Shown here one piece after another: positions 52,497 through 63,618 of a stretch of 64,000 nt of DNA. Source of the DNA: Barthelona sp. PCE. Lineage: Eukaryota. The notes under the pieces are model-generated. The model was given only the letters and a program-made list of their open reading frames with translations. It was not told where the DNA came from and did no database searches. The translations under genes were made by a program, and so were the position numbers. The stretch spans positions 1 through 64,000 of the forward strand of contig JAUFOR010000007.1 in assembly GCA_040285745.1 (NCBI GenBank), written 5' to 3'. How positions within the stretch are numbered: position 1 is the first letter of the stretch; each line of letters begins with the position of its first letter.

Positions 52497-53462
52497 TTAA
52501 ATCCGTACAGACAAAAGCTCATTAATCTTCGACGCCACAACAGTAACGTTGGAAACCTCTGGTTCTTCATGTTGAATCTTCTTCCGTTGTGTGCGAGGTG
52601 AAAAAGAAGATTGAAATCCGTTCTTTGGAGCATAACCAAGTTGGTGTGATAACATACCGGGATCATCAATAAACAATGATGAAACATTCTTGTATCGCCT
52701 TTCCTTCATTTTTGGTGAATGACTTAACCGTAGCTGCGGAATTGATGGCTTCTTACGTTGTGGATAAGCCACTGCTGGTGGTGAATCAGTAAAGAACCGA
52801 ATCTCAGGTTTCTCGAAGTCATCAGTGTTATCTAACTGTCTAAGAGCGCGAGGACTCTGAATTGGGGATGGTACATAACTAGGGAATACGGAAGCAGGTT
52901 TTTCTAATCGAATTTTGATATCAGGGACTTTGGGTACATCTTGTTTTCGTTTTTTCCTACGAAAACTGCGTCTAGCTGGCTTTTTGGGAGATTTTGAAGG
53001 TTCTAAATCAGGTATATCCTCCATACAGGCATATCTAAATCTAGCAAGTCGTGATCCCATATTTGATGCCTGTTTCTCCTTTCCTGACATTGTCAGGAGA
53101 CTGTCAAGTTTCTTTTTTGAGAAATTAAGCTCATTATTCGGAGTTTTGGGTGCCCTATTTTTAATCACCTTTCTGATCTGTTTTCTCGTTTGAAAGTTGT
53201 TCTTCGGCTTTGGAGCTGATATCATCAAAGTGGGAAGTCTTAGAGGCTTCTTCAACGTTTCTTCAAGGTTTTGTTGAAGTTCTGTGGATACTTGACCGAG
53301 TTTGCTAAATTCCTCCCTCGTTGAACGGGAGGACCGAGCTGTACGCGGCATTCTCACGTGCACATCATCGTTAGAATTAGGTTGACGAAACTTTCTCGCT
53401 GTTTGCGCCCCGGATCGCTGTATTTGTGCTTTGTATAGGTTCAAAAACGTCCTAGAGTTCAT
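52497..53462 (-). CDS. Hypothetical basic, disordered protein
   Basis: 321-aa ATG ORF, rich in K/R/P/S, with RRKKRK cluster. Confidence 0.65.
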   Translation of the reverse strand: MNSRTFLNLYKAQIQRSGAQTARKFRQPNSNDDVHVRMPRTARSSRSTREEFSKLGQVSTELQQNLEETLKKPLRLPTLMISAPKPKNNFQTRKQIRKVIKNRAPKTPNNELNFSKKKLDSLLTMSGKEKQASNMGSRLARFRYACMEDIPDLEPSKSPKKPARRSFRRKKRKQDVPKVPDIKIRLEKPASVFPSYVPSPIQSPRALRQLDNTDDFEKPEIRFFTDSPPAVAYPQRKKPSIPQLRLSHSPKMKERRYKNVSSLFIDDPGMLSHQLGYAPKNGFQSSFSPRTQRKKIQHEEPEVSNVTVVASKINELLSVRI

Positions 53463-53596
53463 CTATACACGTATGCGAACAAACAGTGTCAGTATTTATA
53501 ACGAAAGAGTGAATTTTCAATTTTACGAAGATGCAGTAACTTCTCATCATTCAATCATCTAATCGTGGCTTATTCATAATATAATAACAACACTAT

Positions 53597-55057
53597 TTAC
53601 TTCAAAGCTACTACTGACGTAACAACACTAAAAGCAGGTACATTCACCAATCCACAATTGTCATCAATGCACAATGCAATCTCCTGTTCATCATACTCCA
53701 GGTTTTGAACCACGAAAACGTACTTATCCGTTCCTTTTGCAACAATAGAGTGCTCAGTCGAATCTGGGTGCAAAATTTCCATACCAGGTTCTATATACTT
53801 ACTGAGCTGTCTAAGCAGTGTGTACTCGTGCCTGTACCACACCCTTCCACTGGGCATGACATGTCCGGGTGCATTGCACCAGTTATATGCAACATTTGGA
53901 CCACCTGCCTTGAAAATGGAACCATTGATAGGAGGATGAGGATCATAAATGTCGTAACCGAGAAGCAGCGCGTTCCACACGATGTATGACTGCGCACCAC
54001 TACCGATTGCCTTCATTGCATCATGAATAAGACGCTCACCCCATTCATAGTCACCAAGCACGTCATCAATAACAATAGGGCAATTACATGCCTCAGTAGC
54101 GAGTATTTTCTTATTTCCATAGCTATCGGCGACATTTTTCACACGATGGAAGTCTCCAGGACGCTGATGATAGTAGTGAAAACTGATGAACTGATACAAA
54201 TCACTGCAATCCGAGCCGATAGGACACTCTGTCTCAAAATCGTTAAGAAACGTCGTCATATCGTGCTTGTTGTGATCGTATATACCAATACCTACCGAAC
54301 CATCGTGATCTTTCTTAATAATTGGACCTAAATGATCTCGAATGAACCGGGCCATCTCACCACCGTTCCAAACACATGCTGGCCACGTGGACTTTCCGTT
54401 GCGCCCGTGGTTGACCTCGTTCTGAACGGAAAGGAAAGATATCGGAATTCCTTCCTTGGCATACTCGCTGATCCACTTAGATAGATAGCGTGCGTATGCA
54501 TCATGATAGCGCGCATCCTCCTTCAAACAAGGGATGGTTGTGTAATCATAGGAATCTCCGTTCTTCATCCATTTAGGTGGACTCCATGGAGCTGCGATGA
54601 ACCTAATGTGATCGTAGCGATTACGAATATCTCTCAACAACGGAAGGATGTACTTTCTGTCGTTTTCAAGCGAGAATGAACTCAACTCAAAGTCGTCAGT
54701 CTGCTCTGCGCAAGACCATCTACTTAAAGAAAAATCACACGAACCAATGTGCAGGCGGACGAGATTAATCCTTGCGTCAGCAAACAATGTATCCAAGAAA
54801 GCTTCCTTATCAACCACAAGACCATAAGAATATGCGGTGCTTTCTGTGATTGCAACTCCAAAGCCCTCGTGTGGTCTTCCAGTACTAGCTGAGCTTACCT
54901 TGACAAATTTGTCGTAGAATTCACTAGTTGGAAGATCAATAGCAAGTGTTTTGTGAACAAAATCTCGTGTTGCAGTGTGAATATCTGCAACGAGAGATTG
55001 AGCGGTGCAAAGAACCATAATTGCTAAAAAAAAGGAACAACAAAACCTCATTGCCAT
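53597..55057 (-). CDS. Glycoside hydrolase family 30, glucosylceramidase-like
   Basis: Signal peptide; GFGVAITE, IGSCDFS, AAPWSPPKWMK, acid/base QNE, nucleophile ATEAC, WN..GGPN. Confidence 0.9.
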   Translation of the reverse strand: MAMRFCCSFFLAIMVLCTAQSLVADIHTATRDFVHKTLAIDLPTSEFYDKFVKVSSASTGRPHEGFGVAITESTAYSYGLVVDKEAFLDTLFADARINLVRLHIGSCDFSLSRWSCAEQTDDFELSSFSLENDRKYILPLLRDIRNRYDHIRFIAAPWSPPKWMKNGDSYDYTTIPCLKEDARYHDAYARYLSKWISEYAKEGIPISFLSVQNEVNHGRNGKSTWPACVWNGGEMARFIRDHLGPIIKKDHDGSVGIGIYDHNKHDMTTFLNDFETECPIGSDCSDLYQFISFHYYHQRPGDFHRVKNVADSYGNKKILATEACNCPIVIDDVLGDYEWGERLIHDAMKAIGSGAQSYIVWNALLLGYDIYDPHPPINGSIFKAGGPNVAYNWCNAPGHVMPSGRVWYRHEYTLLRQLSKYIEPGMEILHPDSTEHSIVAKGTDKYVFVVQNLEYDEQEIALCIDDNCGLVNVPAFSVVTSVVALK

Positions 55058-55261
55058 GTTTATGGTAAAAATGAGAAAGACAACGACAAAACTCCAAAGA
55101 TCTGTACATTAAGTTTTAAATATTGATGATTGGCCGATCTATACAGTAAAAAGCTTAAGACCACTAATAGTATCCTCAAAATGGTATAAATTGTTGTTTT
55201 CTATTTTAAGCCTTTCTTCTACAAATTTTTACCTTATTTTAACCCATTACTCGTGATTAAT

Positions 55262-55489
55262 ATGGGCCTAAAAACGGAAATAATGCTCGAAATTGCCTTG
55301 TATGTCCTTGCATCGTTACTAGCTGTTGTAGGAATTATTCTCCTGGCTTTTTGTTGCAAAAATCGAGTAGGTAAGCGCCAGCGTCGCGGAATGCCTTTTC
55401 CCAGACTTCCTGTTCAAGCAACTGCAAAGGTTGGTACTCCAATGGGTTTACATGACGTTAACGTTGTTGCGATGGGCAGAGAACCGTAA
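55262..55489 (+). CDS. Small single-pass membrane protein
   Basis: TM IALYVLASLLAVVGIILLAF followed by CCKNR (palmitoylation-like) and basic residues; TTTTACC motif upstream. Confidence 0.55.
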   Translation: MGLKTEIMLEIALYVLASLLAVVGIILLAFCCKNRVGKRQRRGMPFPRLPVQATAKVGTPMGLHDVNVVAMGREP

Positions 55490-56071
55490 AAAATGACTAA
55501 ATGCTATTTTCTGATGGATGCAATGAGCAGCTTGTGCAATACGGAAAAGGATTTTGTAGATTTTGTTAGCATTCTAAATTTGTATCGTTGTTTAAACGGT
55601 ATAGATGAAGCTCTGGCTGTATAAGCAGCACATTATATGTAACCAAAATATCAAAAGCAAAAAGTTATATTTTGTGCAGGTATTTACTAATACATCATTT
55701 CATCATTTATTTATGTAAATCATATCGATTGTCTATTTTGTATCCTATATACATTTCAATACTGATATAACAAGGAAAAATATATAATTTAAAATATTTA
55801 CTCTTCACTACCACCTTGACATAGTGTTTATCACTTGTCATTAAAACTGTAACGTTTCGCAAATGCTTTGAAATACATTAAAACCTTAAACACTTGAATC
55901 ATCAAACAATACACCGGCATTTCCTGTGAGCGGTATTAACGGTCAGTTTGCTGTTGGAACGACACTAAAGCCCATACAAGTGTAAAACATGTATTCACAT
56001 TGGTCGTCAAGAATTGTGAAAATACCATTTCCAATATTTTTACCCCTTTACATAATCTTTAAGTACTTTTA

Positions 56072-57319
56072 ATGTTTGAAACTGTCCAATCTATCCCCTG
56101 GGATCCCATTTTGAAGCTCATTACCGAGTTCAAAGAAGATTCAAACCCTAAGAAGGTTAATCTTGGCGTTGGCGCATTCAGAACCGATGAGGGTAAGCCT
56201 TATGTGCTTCCTGCCGTTCAAAAAGCATGTGAGCGCGTCGCAAGCACTCCCCATGAGTATCCACCTATGCAAGGTTTAACTGGATATCCTGAAGCAGCCA
56301 GGACCATCATTTTTGGTAAAAACCACCGTGTCATGGCCGACGGAGAAGAGAGAGCCAGAACAATGAGCATGCAGACTCTCTCAGGTTGTGGTTCATTAAG
56401 CCTTATCTTTGAACTACTCAGATTGTACAAACCTGAAGTCAATTTCTTTTTGAGTGATCCCACGTGGCCCAACCATCAGGGCATGATCAAATATAGGTTT
56501 GATGCTGATCAGATGCAGAGCTACAGGTACTTTAACAACAAAACCTGTAGTCTTGATTTTGAAGGTATGATTGAGGACATGAACGCCATCCCTGAGGGTT
56601 CTGTCATCCTCTTGCAGGCATGTGGACATAACCCAACCGGTGTGGATCCAACAAAGGAGCAATGGGAAGTCATTGCAAACATTGTCGTTGAGCGTAAGCT
56701 CTTCCCCATCGTTGATTGTGCGTACCAGGGATTTGTCTCTGGATCTCTTGACGAGGACGCATTTGCCGTTCGCTATATTGCCGATGTTTTACTTGACAAC
56801 AACATGGAAGGTGCATTTTGTCAATCTTTCTCGAAGAATCTGGGTCTCTACGGCGAGCGTATCGGTGCGTTACACGTCATCACCAAGGCTCCTGAGCACG
56901 CTCATGCTCTCCTCACTCAGTTTTGTGCTATTGCCAGGTCTTCGTACTCAATGCCATCCATTAATGGTGCCAAGATCGTCACAACCGTGTTTAATGACCC
57001 TGAGCTCCTCCAATCATGGAATGAGAGCATGCATTACATGTTTACACGAATCAGTGGCATCCGTTCAAAATTCCACGCTCGTCTCATGCATTACGAGAAA
57101 GCCCGTAACCCAGATGTTGACGAGCACGTCTGGGACCATGTCCTTAAGCAGAAGGGTATGTTCACATACACCGGTCTTGAAGCGAAGCATGTCGATCACA
57201 TTAAGACTAACTATTCCATTTATTTCGTTGGCAACGGCCGTATTTCTATGTCTGGATTAAACGATAGCAACCTTGATTATGTTGCTGAAGTTTTTGTTCG
57301 CGTCAAATACGATCTCTAA
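56072..57319 (+). CDS. GOT1: Aspartate aminotransferase (class I PLP enzyme), no obvious presequence
   Basis: KVNLGVGAFR, QTLSG.GSL, SDPTWPNH, HNPTGVDP, DCAYQGF, SFSKNLGLYGERIG (PLP Lys), QKGMF, GRIS. Confidence 0.93.
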   Translation: MFETVQSIPWDPILKLITEFKEDSNPKKVNLGVGAFRTDEGKPYVLPAVQKACERVASTPHEYPPMQGLTGYPEAARTIIFGKNHRVMADGEERARTMSMQTLSGCGSLSLIFELLRLYKPEVNFFLSDPTWPNHQGMIKYRFDADQMQSYRYFNNKTCSLDFEGMIEDMNAIPEGSVILLQACGHNPTGVDPTKEQWEVIANIVVERKLFPIVDCAYQGFVSGSLDEDAFAVRYIADVLLDNNMEGAFCQSFSKNLGLYGERIGALHVITKAPEHAHALLTQFCAIARSSYSMPSINGAKIVTTVFNDPELLQSWNESMHYMFTRISGIRSKFHARLMHYEKARNPDVDEHVWDHVLKQKGMFTYTGLEAKHVDHIKTNYSIYFVGNGRISMSGLNDSNLDYVAEVFVRVKYDL

Positions 57320-57401
57320 CCCTTTCTAATTTTTTCTCTAATCCCCTCCACCATTACCACCAAACCACCAATAAATTTGCATGTCTTTTATTTTTGATTG
57401 A

Positions 57402-58859
57402 TTAGAAGAATATTGATTTGAGACCGAGAATCATTGAAACAACACATAGTAAAATCGAAATCCACGAAAAAATGATTAGGGTGCGATTTTTCACAGCCTG
57501 CTCCTTTGTCAGACGCAGATATGCGAATGGGGCGAGGAAGAAGACAACAATCGACCCCACAGTAGAACCTGTAAATCCTAATATAACGCCTAGATCTGTG
57601 ACGAAAAATGTGAGCGTATAAACACACGTAATAAAAATTACAATCTTCAGTGTGTATGATTTCGTGTTGAAAAGTCCCAACAGAATCGTTCTTGCGGCGA
57701 ATGCAAGGACGGGGAAGCTGAAAACAACCACAAAAAGCATGGATAACCTGCTCACGATTGTAATCCAGGAAGAATTAGGGTAGTTTAGCAATAGATTCGA
57801 CTTGACAGCGCCTCCAAACTGCAGATATCCGGAAAAGCTGATGATAAGATATAGCAAGCCCACCATCGTCATACTGGAAACCACAACCTTCTTCATACGC
57901 GGCACAGTGCGAGCCTTAAGCTCATAGTACAGCTGTGGAATATTGATATGGGCACCAAACATTAGGATGATGATGCCGAATCCAGCAAATACATTTGGTG
58001 AATCAAATAGCTTGATGTTTTTCGCTGCTGAAAACCCGTCCATGATACAGGCTACTAGAATGAGCAATACTGTGACACCGACGCAGATGGTCGCCAGTAC
58101 GCTTGTGAATGCGAGACTCTTAAGACTCTTGAGCAAGCAAAGAGGAATGAGGATAAGGAACACAACAATGCCAAGCACAATCTGCTCAACTGTGAATGTG
58201 AGATCCTCACCAACAATGCCCTCGACAACAGGAATAGAATAATCCCTTATAATTACGATATAAGCATTTAAAATGCAGAAGACCAGACAGAGAACCAGAA
58301 TATCCATAAACACCACAAATCGAGGAGAGACAGCCTTAAGCAGTACTTCCTTCCATGTGTACTTCTTGGTCATCTCACAACAGTGCGAGGCAATCAACAT
58401 GGTCACACTACTGAAAAAAGCAATGACCAACAGACCAATCAGGAACCAGAACACTCCCATTAGGTTGAGCGCGCTCGCAATGGCAAGAATACCAGCTCCC
58501 AAGACGTTGTTACTGAGAACAGCAAATTGCTGAAAAATTGTTCCTCCTTCGTTTTCTGGTTTGCGTTCGATAATGATATTAACCGAATCCATGGAGATGG
58601 AACATCCTGAAAAACTCCTCTTTAATCTTGACACAGTTTGTGTTGGGTGTTTTGGTGACAATGCCGGGATTGGTTCTGAGTCACTACTTTCACCAGTTAA
58701 ATCCGGAGAAGATGATGGAGAAAAGCTATCTTCGTCGCGGGAACGATTATAAGGTTGTGGCGATTGACTGATTGCTGGACTTATACTAGTTTGGCGTAGC
58801 AGATGATCTGGTGCATTTCCGATGGTTCTTGAACCTGATTCCACTACTTCTGGTTGCAT
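57402..58859 (-). CDS. Amino acid transporter, AAAP/SLC38 family
   Basis: NNVLGAGILAI, F..HINIPQLYYEL, GYLQFG..V.SNLLLNY, SFP..AR, GFTGST; ~11 TM with a Ser-rich N-tail. Confidence 0.9.
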   Translation of the reverse strand: MQPEVVESGSRTIGNAPDHLLRQTSISPAISQSPQPYNRSRDEDSFSPSSSPDLTGESSDSEPIPALSPKHPTQTVSRLKRSFSGCSISMDSVNIIIERKPENEGGTIFQQFAVLSNNVLGAGILAIASALNLMGVFWFLIGLLVIAFFSSVTMLIASHCCEMTKKYTWKEVLLKAVSPRFVVFMDILVLCLVFCILNAYIVIIRDYSIPVVEGIVGEDLTFTVEQIVLGIVVFLILIPLCLLKSLKSLAFTSVLATICVGVTVLLILVACIMDGFSAAKNIKLFDSPNVFAGFGIIILMFGAHINIPQLYYELKARTVPRMKKVVVSSMTMVGLLYLIISFSGYLQFGGAVKSNLLLNYPNSSWITIVSRLSMLFVVVFSFPVLAFAARTILLGLFNTKSYTLKIVIFITCVYTLTFFVTDLGVILGFTGSTVGSIVVFFLAPFAYLRLTKEQAVKNRTLIIFSWISILLCVVSMILGLKSIFF

Positions 58860-59013
58860 TGTGCGTGAGAAATGGTTTTTAAAGTGCTAAATAAAACAAT
58901 GAAATGGGCTCAAATTGCAAAAACAATCCCATCACTCGATTTCTGCATTTTACTAGTGTGCTACTGTCGATTGAAGGTGTAGTAAGAGCACTTGACCACC
59001 AGAATGATTCAAA

Positions 59014-62000
59014 TTAATCCCGAAGCATATCGCTAATTATACTAGGTTCGATAACAGAATAGCCTTCCTCATTCTTTGCAACTCTGTATACGTGTTGGCT
59101 GATGTCAACCCTGTTCTGTGCACATTGTGCATAAAGCTCACGGAGAAAGTCAACATCATGAGTGATCAAAACTAATTGCAAATTCACTTCATTACTTTCC
59201 ATGTTCCCCAATAGCTTTGCCAGTGCAGCGGCGAGGTAGTCAACGTGCTGTTTGTCGAGGTTTGTTGTAGGTTCATCCAATGCTATGAAACGGCAATTCT
59301 TTGAAAAAGTCTCTGCAATTGCCATTCTGATAACCAGCGAAGCCAGGACCTTCTGTCCAGCAGAACAACGACCACGCATGGGCATGATCTCGTCGAAATG
59401 GTTCTGGAACACAACCCTGTAATTCGTTTTCGTCTTCCTGTTCGACTTGTTGATTTCACTGACAAGCTTGATGTTCTTGATGTCATTCTGCTTGTACGAC
59501 CAGTTCCAAATCCTGCTTAGTGCCTCATTTATGCTGCTTAACCTCTCCTGATGATACTCAACGAGAGAGTACTCAAGATCGCTTATGAACTTGATCAAGT
59601 CCTGCTGTCTGGCCTCCAGCTCGGTAACCTCGATCAGTAGCTTGTATGAGTGCTTCCTGGTATTCTCCAAATCCTCCTCACTTGTGTGCTCCGATATTTT
59701 TCTTATTTGCTTCTTCGCAATACTCAATTGCTTCTCAAACCCGCTCTTCTCGTTCATTTTATCCTGATGCGCCTGCTTTTTCTTCTCATATTCCTCACGG
59801 AAGGCCTCTCCGTTTCCGAAAAGTTCATCAATGTGCTGTTGCTGCTTGACAATATCCTTCTTAAGCTTCTCTGCGTCGTTCCTGATGCTGTGTGCTTTGA
59901 GTGTTATTTGTACCTGATCCAGGTGGTGTTCAAACTTATGGATTCTCTCAAGAATGCCGTTCTTCTCCAACCTAGTCGCCTTAATTTCCTCTTCCAGAGC
60001 AGCGTTAGAGCGTTGAAGATCGCACATATCCTCTTCTCGCTGTGCGAGGTACTCAGGATCCCTCTTTGTCATGTGTTCCTCAAATTCTGTAAAGAGTCTG
60101 CGAGCGGTCGTCAAGGTGTTGTCTAGCTCAAACATGTGCTTTTGGTGCACCTCCTTGATCTCTTCGACCTTCTGACGGTGCGCATCCAGCTTCTGCTGAG
60201 CATTTTGAACGTCTTCTTGGTTCTGTTTATGAGCACGACGTGCTACTGTCATGCGTTTGGTCGCATCCAACTTCTCATCCCTCAACTGGCTGATTTCCCT
60301 CTCAAGACGGTCATATTCAGCTGTCTGCTCCTTCAAAGAGGATAAAAGTTCGGTCATGCTCTCAATTTCAGCTTCTTCCTTACGAATCCTCATCTCAATG
60401 CGACTACTCCGCTTATCAATCATCTGCATGTCGTTCTGTCGCTGTTCCAGCGCCATCTGCTCGTCCTCGGCCTGTAACGTGAGCTTTTGGATCACAGAAC
60501 GTGGGTTCTGACACGACATTGTCTTTTGATAGTCGGCTATCTCCTTCGCCAGTCGCTTCATCGCCTTAGCCTCCATACGCATCCTCTGTATCTGATTCAG
60601 ATGTCCGCTCAGCTCTGATAACTGTTGCGATATAGCCCCGCTGTCAACCACCGAACCGATCTTTCGCTGGATGAACTCAAATATCTCGGGTGAGATCGTC
60701 TGGCTACACACAGGGCATGAGCTCATTGTATCATCAGTAACCATTGGGCGTAAGACTGTATAAAGAGATGCCTTGTTCTGCTCATCCTTGAGCAGAGAAA
60801 TACGCTCATCCAAAAACAAGTCAAGCGTGCTAAAATCATACCCCTCGGTGAACTTGAACTCGATGGTCATATCAGCCTCCGGCACTCCATCTATGTGCAG
60901 CATGAAGGTGCGGCTTACCTGTCCCAAGAAAGCGTTGATATTGGCGCGATGTGTGTCTATCTCAGCTTGGCATGCCTTTATACGATCCTCTCGAGTGACA
61001 TCATCGTACAGCTTATCCTTCTGAGCACTGTAGTCACTCAAGTTATCTCGGTGACTCTCTATGTCATCTCTCACAGCTTTCAGCTGCTCTTTTTGCTCCT
61101 GTAACGCTGTGCGGTTGCTCTCTCGGTTGGAAATCAATGACTTCAAGTCATCCTCCACAGTCATGTACTGTGTTGACTGAAGGTTGTTAAACTCCTTCTG
61201 TTGTTGTAAAAGCCCGTTGATCCGGCTCCCAAACGTCTTGATCTGATCATTCAACATGCCTATAGTTGCTGTGTTTTCCAGAAACTTCGCGTTTGCGTCA
61301 TCATATACCTTCTGTTTCTCAGTAACTTCGTCTGACATACCATCTGCCTGATCCTCGTGCTCTCTGCTGGCCTCCATTATCGCCCTGCGTATTGTTCTCT
61401 CAACCTCAGTTTGATGATCGAGCAGACTGCTCTCTTCAATATGCTCTAGCGAAAGCTGTTCTTTAACAATGTTAATCAGCTCATCACTGTGTGAGTTACT
61501 GCTGAGGTTCCTGAGTTCTGCGCTCATATTGGCTATCTTCTTAAGATTTGCACCGAACAACTCCTCCTTATCTTCAAGAAAACTATCGAGCGCTGCCAAG
61601 TTGCTTGTGAGGCGCTGCTTCTGAACATCTTTAGTATCTAGCATCTGCTGCAGCTCAGATACATCGTTGGCCAGACACTGATCCTTGAGCTCGACAAAAG
61701 TCTTCTTCATCGCCTGTCGCTGGTCTTTTAAAGACTGAATTTTGGTCTGAAAGACGAGATACTGCTCGTACTGCTCGTGAAGCACCTCCAGCTCCTCGTC
61801 CAGGCCGCTAATAACCGTTTGCAATCGGACGATCTGTGACTGAGATTCGGAGTGCATGTCGTGAAATTTGACAAGCTCCTTCAGCCAATCCTCTTGGTGT
61901 TTGACCTTCTGTTCGAGCAGATCAAACTTATTCTGTCTTGTCTTAATAGCCTTACTGAGATCTGTATTAACCGATTTCATGTTCTTAATAAAAAGAGACG

Positions 62001-62583
62001 ATCTGTCGGTTGCAAAGATCTTCTCTATGATTGGCTTGACAGCTGAATCTGTCCCGAACGGCCAGAGACTTGACTCTTGATGGCAAAATAAAATCGAATT
62101 GATGATCTCTGCATTCACCCCCAGCTTCTGTGGTATTCTCTCAACGATTTCGCTATTTGGAACTGACTCAACAATTGGTTCCTCGCCTCCCCTACGCTGT
62201 TCAAGCCACTTATTGGACTTTGTAGTAAAACTAGTTTTCGTTCCCTCAACCATTTTCTTCACACCAAAGTTTTCTGTCTCATTATGCCCTCTGACATCAA
62301 AGTACAGCTCAACACCCGCCTTGATACGAGATGCTGTAGTACTATTAGCGTTAAGAAATAGTCTTGGTTTAGGAAGATCAGGTGGAGTGGCACCTGTACA
62401 TGCAAACTTGAGAGATTCAATGAGTGTTGTCTTGCCCGCGCCGTTATCACCCTGGATAATTGTTAACGGCAGGTGAAACTTAATAGACTGAGAATTATGT
62501 GGATCTGGGTTGAAACTACGAATTCCATACAGCTTCAGCTCGTCCAAAACAAAGACATAATCAGATGCTGTTGTGCTTTCCAT
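59014..62583 (-). CDS. RAD50: DNA repair protein RAD50
   Basis: GIRSF, GDNGAGKTTLIESLK, FCHQE..WP, central Zn hook CPVC, MRGRCSAGQKVLAS, ALDEPTTNLD, ITHD. Confidence 0.96.
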   Translation of the reverse strand: MESTTASDYVFVLDELKLYGIRSFNPDPHNSQSIKFHLPLTIIQGDNGAGKTTLIESLKFACTGATPPDLPKPRLFLNANSTTASRIKAGVELYFDVRGHNETENFGVKKMVEGTKTSFTTKSNKWLEQRRGGEEPIVESVPNSEIVERIPQKLGVNAEIINSILFCHQESSLWPFGTDSAVKPIIEKIFATDRSSLFIKNMKSVNTDLSKAIKTRQNKFDLLEQKVKHQEDWLKELVKFHDMHSESQSQIVRLQTVISGLDEELEVLHEQYEQYLVFQTKIQSLKDQRQAMKKTFVELKDQCLANDVSELQQMLDTKDVQKQRLTSNLAALDSFLEDKEELFGANLKKIANMSAELRNLSSNSHSDELINIVKEQLSLEHIEESSLLDHQTEVERTIRRAIMEASREHEDQADGMSDEVTEKQKVYDDANAKFLENTATIGMLNDQIKTFGSRINGLLQQQKEFNNLQSTQYMTVEDDLKSLISNRESNRTALQEQKEQLKAVRDDIESHRDNLSDYSAQKDKLYDDVTREDRIKACQAEIDTHRANINAFLGQVSRTFMLHIDGVPEADMTIEFKFTEGYDFSTLDLFLDERISLLKDEQNKASLYTVLRPMVTDDTMSSCPVCSQTISPEIFEFIQRKIGSVVDSGAISQQLSELSGHLNQIQRMRMEAKAMKRLAKEIADYQKTMSCQNPRSVIQKLTLQAEDEQMALEQRQNDMQMIDKRSSRIEMRIRKEEAEIESMTELLSSLKEQTAEYDRLEREISQLRDEKLDATKRMTVARRAHKQNQEDVQNAQQKLDAHRQKVEEIKEVHQKHMFELDNTLTTARRLFTEFEEHMTKRDPEYLAQREEDMCDLQRSNAALEEEIKATRLEKNGILERIHKFEHHLDQVQITLKAHSIRNDAEKLKKDIVKQQQHIDELFGNGEAFREEYEKKKQAHQDKMNEKSGFEKQLSIAKKQIRKISEHTSEEDLENTRKHSYKLLIEVTELEARQQDLIKFISDLEYSLVEYHQERLSSINEALSRIWNWSYKQNDIKNIKLVSEINKSNRKTKTNYRVVFQNHFDEIMPMRGRCSAGQKVLASLVIRMAIAETFSKNCRFIALDEPTTNLDKQHVDYLAAALAKLLGNMESNEVNLQLVLITHDVDFLRELYAQCAQNRVDISQHVYRVAKNEEGYSVIEPSIISDMLRD

Positions 62584-62741
62584 CTGAACGTAAGAAACGG
62601 GTAAGAATTGGAAAAACGAAACTTTTCTGCATAAAAATCATTTTCTTGTTCTTTTCAATTGGAATATGGTCTCCCCAAAGAACAAAAGTACTTTTAAAAT
62701 GAATAAAACAAAATAAAATCACTGAAGTTTATTACTGGTTT

Positions 62742-63371
62742 CTAATTTATAGTATCGCGTTGTAATAAATCATTACAAAGGTTTGCAATTGGACGGAATT
62801 CGGATTCATTAATCAGATTATATTCCTTTACGAAGAAAAGAAAATGTTTTAATGTTGAATTGACACTTTGCTCGATATGACAGTGTTCCATTGTCTCATA
62901 ATGCTTAGTGTATAAGTGTGCAAAAACCCTAAAGAGTCTTCGGAAACAAGTCTTAACGATAGAATCAAAGTCTGAAGGCCAACTTTCATTAGCATCAGTT
63001 GGAAAACGCTCAATTTGTTGTTTGACATAAGCAAACAACATATAAATATAATCTGGAGCAGGCATGCTTGTGGGCTGAGGGTATTTATCGTTATCGCGCC
63101 ACAAATAACGGTGCTGACTTCCTGCTGTCATTTCTGGACAAGATTCCTTGGTACAATCGTAACTGACAACTTCATAAATCATTGTGAGTATGTTATAGAA
63201 TTCTAGAAGCTGGACAGAGACGAAGTCTTGGTATGTGTCTGATTCAGGAAGCTGTACAAGTAAACGTAAATTTCCGCTACCGATTGTCAAGCGTGAAAAG
63301 GTGGCACGAAGGTTTTCAGCTGCCTGAGATGCAGAATTTCTCACCTCCATTACGGTTGTGCTTGGGGCCAT
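62742..63371 (-). CDS. MOB1: MOB kinase activator (MOB1 family)
   Basis: GSGNLRLLVQLPE, CTKESCPEMTAG..YLW, APDYI, FRRLFRVFAHLY, KHF..FVKEYNLI. Start set at MAPSTT. Confidence 0.9.
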   Translation of the reverse strand: MAPSTTVMEVRNSASQAAENLRATFSRLTIGSGNLRLLVQLPESDTYQDFVSVQLLEFYNILTMIYEVVSYDCTKESCPEMTAGSQHRYLWRDNDKYPQPTSMPAPDYIYMLFAYVKQQIERFPTDANESWPSDFDSIVKTCFRRLFRVFAHLYTKHYETMEHCHIEQSVNSTLKHFLFFVKEYNLINESEFRPIANLCNDLLQRDTIN

Positions 63372-63618
63372 TGAGTGTTTTGTGAGTGAAAGGGGATTTT
63401 TTTTGGATGACAGGTTTAGAATATTTTTTGCTGATGAAATAACGCCAATAAGATAATCATGCCACAAATTTGGGTTTACAACGATAAAAATAGAAAAATA
63501 AATTGCTCAAATATTGCCTGAAACTCATACTTCTCAATCATAATGTTCTAAATGAACTTACTGCTGTTTATTGCGTGCGGGGTAGATCTGTGTGGTGCTC
63601 ATTATGTTTGACTACAAT

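Noticed and set aside
23874-55057. Sphingolipid cluster (ceramide synthase and GH30)
   Set aside because: About 29 kb apart with many unrelated genes between them.
18760-62583. DNA-repair gene cluster (RAD1-like, RAD51-paralog-like, RAD50)
   Set aside because: Spread over 44 kb among unrelated genes; compatible with chance in a gene-dense genome.
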